A stretch of 64,000 nt of DNA, from positions 1 through 64,000 of the forward strand of contig JBDRML010000029.1 of the NCBI GenBank assembly GCA_043812195.1. The letters run 5' to 3'. This document shows positions 59,366 to 64,000 of this stretch, piece after piece; within the stretch, counting starts at the first letter, position 1; each line of letters starts with the position of its first letter. A program made the translations under genes and the position numbers. The notes under the pieces were generated by a model, which did no database searches, had not been told where the DNA came from, and saw only the letters and a list, made by a program, of their open reading frames with translations. Source of the stretch: Candidatus Woesearchaeota archaeon (GTDB taxonomy: Archaea; Nanobdellota; Nanobdellia; SCGC-AAA011-G17; PNOQ01).

Positions 59366-60259
59366 ATGCATAAACTTACAAGGGGAAAAAGAATTCTATG
59401 TGTTTGCGCAGTGGGAACAAACAGAAGTAGATATCTCGCTAGTTACTTAAAAAAGAAAGGATATTCAACTAAATTCGGTGGTGTTGATTATAGAGAAGAA
59501 GGATATTATAATCCATTAAAACAAGAGGATGTAGATTGGGCTAACACAATAATTATTACTAGAAAGAGATTGAAACCAATATTTGATAAAAAATTCAAAT
59601 TTAAGAACAAAAGAGTAATTGTTTTGGATGTTACTGATTCAAAGAGGTTGATACCTGAGAAACTTGCTCATTTGAGAGATCTAGATTTTGAAACATTTCA
59701 AAAAAAGTGGACAAGACCCCAATTAAGGAAGGCTATTAAAAAGTACTTGCAAAATACTAAGGGATATTTTATAATTTTAAGAGGTCCACTTGGAATTGGA
59801 AAAACTACAGTGGCAAAAGAGTTAGTAAAGATTTTAAAAGCTGGATATGTTTCAATAGATAAGGTTCTTGAAAAATACAAATTGGATAGGGTTAAAGGTA
59901 GCAAGGGAATACCATTAAAAAATTTTATTAAAGGAGATAAAATAGTTATCCAGAAAGTAAAAAATAAATTAAAAAGGAGTAAGATAATAATAATTGATGG
60001 CTGCTTTTATCATAAAGAGCAAATTAAAAATTTAATTGAAAATCTACCATTCCCTTATTATGTGTTTACTCTCAAAGCGTCCTTAAAAACTTGTATAGAA
60101 AGAGATAGGGAAAGGAAAGAAGCATATGGTATAGATGCAACTAATGCTGTCTATAAGATGGTATCAAAGTTTGACTATGGAGAAGTAATAGATACAGAAA
60201 ATAAAAATGTTAATAAAACCGTAAATAAGATTCTTTCTTATTTGCCTAATGACCTATAA
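59366..60259 (+). CDS. fusion of an LMW-PTP-like phosphatase domain and a P-loop kinase domain
   Basis: ILCVCAVGTNRS (CX5R) at the N-terminus; ILRGPLGIGKTT, IIDG and CIERDRER in the C-half. Confidence 0.75.
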   Translation: MHKLTRGKRILCVCAVGTNRSRYLASYLKKKGYSTKFGGVDYREEGYYNPLKQEDVDWANTIIITRKRLKPIFDKKFKFKNKRVIVLDVTDSKRLIPEKLAHLRDLDFETFQKKWTRPQLRKAIKKYLQNTKGYFIILRGPLGIGKTTVAKELVKILKAGYVSIDKVLEKYKLDRVKGSKGIPLKNFIKGDKIVIQKVKNKLKRSKIIIIDGCFYHKEQIKNLIENLPFPYYVFTLKASLKTCIERDRERKEAYGIDATNAVYKMVSKFDYGEVIDTENKNVNKTVNKILSYLPNDL

Positions 60260-60262
60260 AAG

Positions 60263-61195
60263 ATGAAACTTAAAACAAATCAAATCAAAATAATTTGTAA
60301 TAAACTTAAATGTGACTTAATTAGCGGGCGTTTGCTGGCTCGCGGAAGCCATAATGAAAGTTATTTAATTAAAACGAAAAAGAAGAATTACATACTTAAA
60401 GTAGAGAATAATCCAGGTTACGTTAAGAGAGAATACAAGATGCTTGCTGGTTTAAAAGAAGGTCTTGCTCCAAAAGTTTATTTCTTTGATTCTTCTAGGA
60501 AGATAATACCAAAGCCATATCTAATTGAAGAATTTTTAAAAGGAAAAAATCCACCAAAGAAAGCAAATAAAGGTTTTATAATTCAAATGGCGAAATGGTA
60601 TAAAAAGCTTCATTCAATCAAATCCTTAAAAATACCCAATGATGAGAAGAAAAGAATATATTCATTATTCTACTGGTTTGAATCAAATTATAAAAAATTT
60701 GAAAAAAATAAAACCATGTTGGATAAAAAATTAGGCAAAGAAATATCTGATAAATTTAAACGAGCTTTGGAAATTTGTAAACAAAATGATAAAATATTTT
60801 CAAACATAATTAATTTCTCATTAAATCACAATGATCCCTCTAAAGAAAATGTATTTATTAATAAAAAAAAGATTAGACTGATAGATTGGGAATTTTCTGG
60901 ATTTGGAATTCCAGAAAGAGATATTCTCACTTTTTTTAGGCAATATAAACTAAATAAGAATCAGAAGAATCTATTCCTTAAATCCTACAAATATCCAACC
61001 AAGAGCATTAAAAAGCTTAATGTGTTATTCTTAATACTATTAGCTTCAGATATTAATTATCTGATAAACCGCTTAAATTCTGTAAAAGAAGGAAAAATTA
61101 GTTCTAAACAGCAAAACACAAATGAAAGTTCCCTAAATAAAAGGATTTTGGAGATTTTTTGTATGTTTAAGATAGCTTTAAAAGAAATTGATTAG
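60263..61195 (+). CDS. aminoglycoside phosphotransferase/choline kinase family protein
   Basis: GSHNESY, YILK, REY, HNDPSKENV, LIDWEFS. Confidence 0.88.
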   Translation: MKLKTNQIKIICNKLKCDLISGRLLARGSHNESYLIKTKKKNYILKVENNPGYVKREYKMLAGLKEGLAPKVYFFDSSRKIIPKPYLIEEFLKGKNPPKKANKGFIIQMAKWYKKLHSIKSLKIPNDEKKRIYSLFYWFESNYKKFEKNKTMLDKKLGKEISDKFKRALEICKQNDKIFSNIINFSLNHNDPSKENVFINKKKIRLIDWEFSGFGIPERDILTFFRQYKLNKNQKNLFLKSYKYPTKSIKKLNVLFLILLASDINYLINRLNSVKEGKISSKQQNTNESSLNKRILEIFCMFKIALKEID

Positions 61196-61286
61196 TGTTA
61201 TCAATAATCTTCGGAACTATTATCCAATTTTCTTATAATGCAAGTTTCCCCCTTTACATTACGCATTTAAATACAAAAAAATAAGC

Positions 61287-61300
61287 AAAAACTTTATAAA
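61287..61300 (+). promoter_or_regulatory. BRE-TATA promoter of EF-2, probably a leaderless transcript
   Basis: AAAAACTTTATAAA ends 24 nt before the ATG at 61325; similar motifs precede rps12 (~54891), rps2 (~24471) and tRNA-Tyr (~42115). Confidence 0.7.
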
Positions 61301-61324
61301 CAATTCCAATTCTCAAATTCTGTA

Positions 61325-64000
61325 ATGGCAGAAAAATCAGTAGAACAAATAAAAAAAGTAATGAATAACCCAAGCCATATAAGAAACATCGCTATCGCAG
61401 CCCATATCGATTTTTTTTGAGATAAATTCTCAAAAGACGAGTGCATGGGAAATGCATAGCACCAGATTCAAGGCTCATTCTAAGAGATGGAACTATGTTA
61501 ACTGCTAAAAAATTATTTAACTTAGCAGAGAAAAAAGGAACAAAATTTGAAGAAACGAAAGACCATATAATTTATGATACTAACTCATTAAATTTAGAAG
61601 CATTTTCCCTAAACAAAACTAATGGAAAATTAGAAAAAAAACCAATACAACTAGCCTGGAAATTAAAAGGTGGGGACTTAATAAATATTAAATTAAGAAA
61701 CAATTTCAACATTTCCACAACACCAGAACACAAATATTTAGTCTTAGAAAATTTAGAGTTTACAGAAAAAGAAGCTAAAGATATAAAATTAGGAGATAGA
61801 ATAATCTGCCCAAGAAAGCTTGAAACTAATTCAAATATTAACATAAAACGCACAATTCTACTAAAATTAGCTGAAAAAAGATTTTACGTTAAAGTAAACA
61901 AAATCTTAGGAGAAAAAATAAAAAAATTCGTTCTGAAAGAAAAAGAAACAATAAAAAAAATAAACAAAGAAATAAAGTATAAATCATTTTATCATGGTTC
62001 ATGGCAAAATAGATATTTATTAAAAGACTTAATAGAAATTTCAAGTTTAATAAATATAAACTTGGAGTATTTGTATAACAATATAGAAACAATAATTTAT
62101 AGAAGCGGAGCTCAAAGAGGAAAAAGCTCGCTGCCAACAAAATTACCACAAAACTTTCAAAACTTTTATTATCTAGCAGGATTGTTTGTAGGAGATGGAC
62201 ATCATAAAAAATTCATAGTCGGAAAAAATGAGTTAAAATCTAAATTTGTAGAAATTTGCAATGAATTAGGAATAAATGTAACATATAGAAATTATGAATA
62301 CAGAACAGAAGAAATAGTAACAAACGCTACCTTATTAGAAATATTAAACTCATTATTTGATTATCCAAAAGTCAAAAAAAGCCATAATGTAAAAATATCA
62401 GAATTTCTTCTACTATCTCCAAAAAAATATTCTTCAAAATTCTTAAGAGGATACTTCGATACTGATGGATGTGTAGAAAAAAGCAGAAGAGCAGTAACAA
62501 TATCGTCTGCCAGTGATAAAATGATAGCAGATTTAAGTATGTTTTTATTAAGATTCGGTTGCATACCAATCATAGAAAAAGACAACACAATAACAATTAG
62601 TGGACAATCCATGATAAATTTTATAGCAGAAATAGGATTTGAAATTAAAGCAAAAATAGCCAAAGCAAACTCCATAAAACAAACAATAATCGGAAGCATG
62701 GTTTCAGATGTTATACCAGTAACACATAGTAACGGAATGATTTCACTACAAAAAAACTTCACCAATTCAGAAAAATTAATTAATTTTTGTGAAAAAAATG
62801 ATATCAGCATAGAAAATATAAGTAAAATATTAAGTAAAGATATCTCATACATAGAAGTAAAAGCTATAGAAACAAAAAATGAAGAATTTGTATATGACTT
62901 CACAGTAAAAGACAACCATAACTTTGCTGCAGAAGGTATGATTATTCATAATACCACATTTTCAGACAATCTTTTAGCAGGTGCAGGCATGATTTCTAAA
63001 GAACTAGCAGGTAAACAATTAGCCTTAGATTTTCACGAAGATGAGGCAACAAGAGGTATTACAATAGATTCAGCTAGCGTATCTATGCTTCACACAGTAA
63101 AGGGAGAAGATTACTTAATCAATTTAATAGACACACCAGGTCACGTAGATTTTGGTGGAGATGTTACTAGGGCTATGAGAGCAGTTGACGGTGCAATTGT
63201 ATTAGTAGATGCAGTTGAAGGAATAATGCCTCAAACAGAAACAGTTCTAAAACAAGCTCTAAGAGAAATGGTAAAACCAGTTCTTTTCATAAATAAAGTT
63301 GACCGTTTAATCAAAGAAGTTAAACTAACACCACAAGCAATGCAAGAAAGATTCATTAAAATTATATCAGACGCTAATGGGTTCATTGAAACTTTTGCAC
63401 CAGACGAATTCAAAAAGAAATGGCAATCAAACGTACAAGACGGAAGCGTAGCTTTTGGTTCAGCATTTCATAATTGGGCATTAAGTTTCCCATACATGCA
63501 AGAAAAAGGAATAAGCTTCAAAGATATTATAGATGCTTATGAAAAAGAAGATTGGAAAATTTTAGCAAAGAAAGCACCATTACATGAGGTTGTTTTGGGT
63601 ATGATAATTAAACACCACGTAAATCCAATCACAGCACAAGCATACAGAATTCCAAAAATATGGAAAGGAGATTTAGATACAGAAATAGGAAAATCTTTAT
63701 TAAATTGTGATCCAAAAGGACCTGTAGCATTTATAGTAACAAAAATAGTAATAGATAAACATGCAGGAGAAGTATCTGCAGGAAGATTATTCTCAGGAAC
63801 ATTAAAACAAGGTGATGAAGTTTGGCTTAACATGGGTAAAAAGAAAGTTAGGTTACAACAGGTATCAATTTACAAAGGCGCACAAAGAACTGCTTTTAAT
63901 GAAATTCCAGCAGGAAACATAGCAGGTTTAGTAGGATTAAAAGATACATTCGCAGGTGAAACTATATCTTCAGAACCAATGGAACCTTTCGAAGCAATTA
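61325..64000 (+). CDS. fusA: translation elongation factor EF-2, 5' part, interrupted by a 32-nt intron and a 500-aa intein; runs off the window
   Basis: Exon 1 (61325-61411) MAEK...IRNIAIAAHID; exon 2 from 61444 HGK-[intein]-TTFSDNLLAGAGMIS...RGITI...LIDTPGHVDFGGDVTRAMRAVDGA...FINKVDR. Confidence 0.96.
61412..61443 (+). other. candidate BHB pre-mRNA intron (32 nt) in EF-2
   Basis: Exon helix CCCAT/ATGGG, central helix ATCG/CGAG, bulges AT^T and TG^C, 10-bp intron stem with TAAAT loop; removal restores AHID-HGK in frame. Confidence 0.85.
61453..62952 (+). mobile_element. intein with LAGLIDADG homing endonuclease domain in the EF-2 P-loop
   Basis: Starts CIAPDS after HGK; block B TTPEHK; YYLAGLFVGDG and FLRGYFDTDG; ends VYDFTV..NHNFAAEGMIIHN followed by Thr; 1500 nt, with both ends in the same frame. 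Confidence 0.95.

Noticed and set aside
61411-61425. Ribosomal frameshifting or a homopolymer error at the T8 run as the explanation of the EF-2 break
   Set aside because: The frame that leads to HGK has a TAA at 61423-25, removing one T gives the wrong frame, and any read-through would insert about 11 residues into the P-loop. There are no matching take-off and landing codons for ribosomal hopping.
61441-61446. EF-2 starting at the in-frame GTG at 61441
   Set aside because: It would omit IRNIAIAAHID, half of the G1 motif, which is conserved upstream behind a good promoter.
61572-63833. Minus-strand ORFs over the EF-2/intein region, and similar antisense ORFs across the window
   Set aside because: They are shadows of A-rich coding strands, rich in Phe/Leu/Ser, with no motifs.

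Overview
AT-rich archaeal chromosome segment with the gene content of a small-genome DPANN archaeon (Woesearchaeota/Pacearchaeota-like; the taxonomy is inference). The backbone is housekeeping: the RNase P/proteasome/SBDS/exosome/rpoK/enolase/rps2 cluster, RNase J, Mre11-Rad50, Sua5, a diadenylate cyclase, the RNA polymerase operon (rpoH, B'', B', A', A'', L30e, NusA), rps12, rps7 and the 5' part of EF-2. The standout signal is a set of bulge-helix-bulge (BHB) introns. (1) The EF-2 gene is broken inside its GTPase P-loop (AHID|HGK) by a 32-nt insertion that folds into a near-canonical BHB motif. Its removal restores the frame exactly, so it is a candidate archaeal pre-mRNA intron, and a 500-aa LAGLIDADG intein starts 9 nt downstream. 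(2) tRNA-Lys(UUU) carries a 652-nt intron at position 30/31 that encodes a complete LAGLIDADG endonuclease. (3) tRNA-Asp has a T-loop intron, and an intron-containing tRNA-Tyr is followed by a free-standing paralog of that endonuclease. Accessory DNA includes a biosynthetic-like island between eno and rps2 (two radical SAM enzymes, an altered carbamoyltransferase, a nitroreductase, an ATP-grasp enzyme) led by a DGR-variable-region-like remnant. There is also a surface-protein island, a direct-repeat-flanked module at the rps7 3' end, a bacterial-type lgt and several single-lesion pseudogenes. All calls were made by eye from motifs; no database searches were run.
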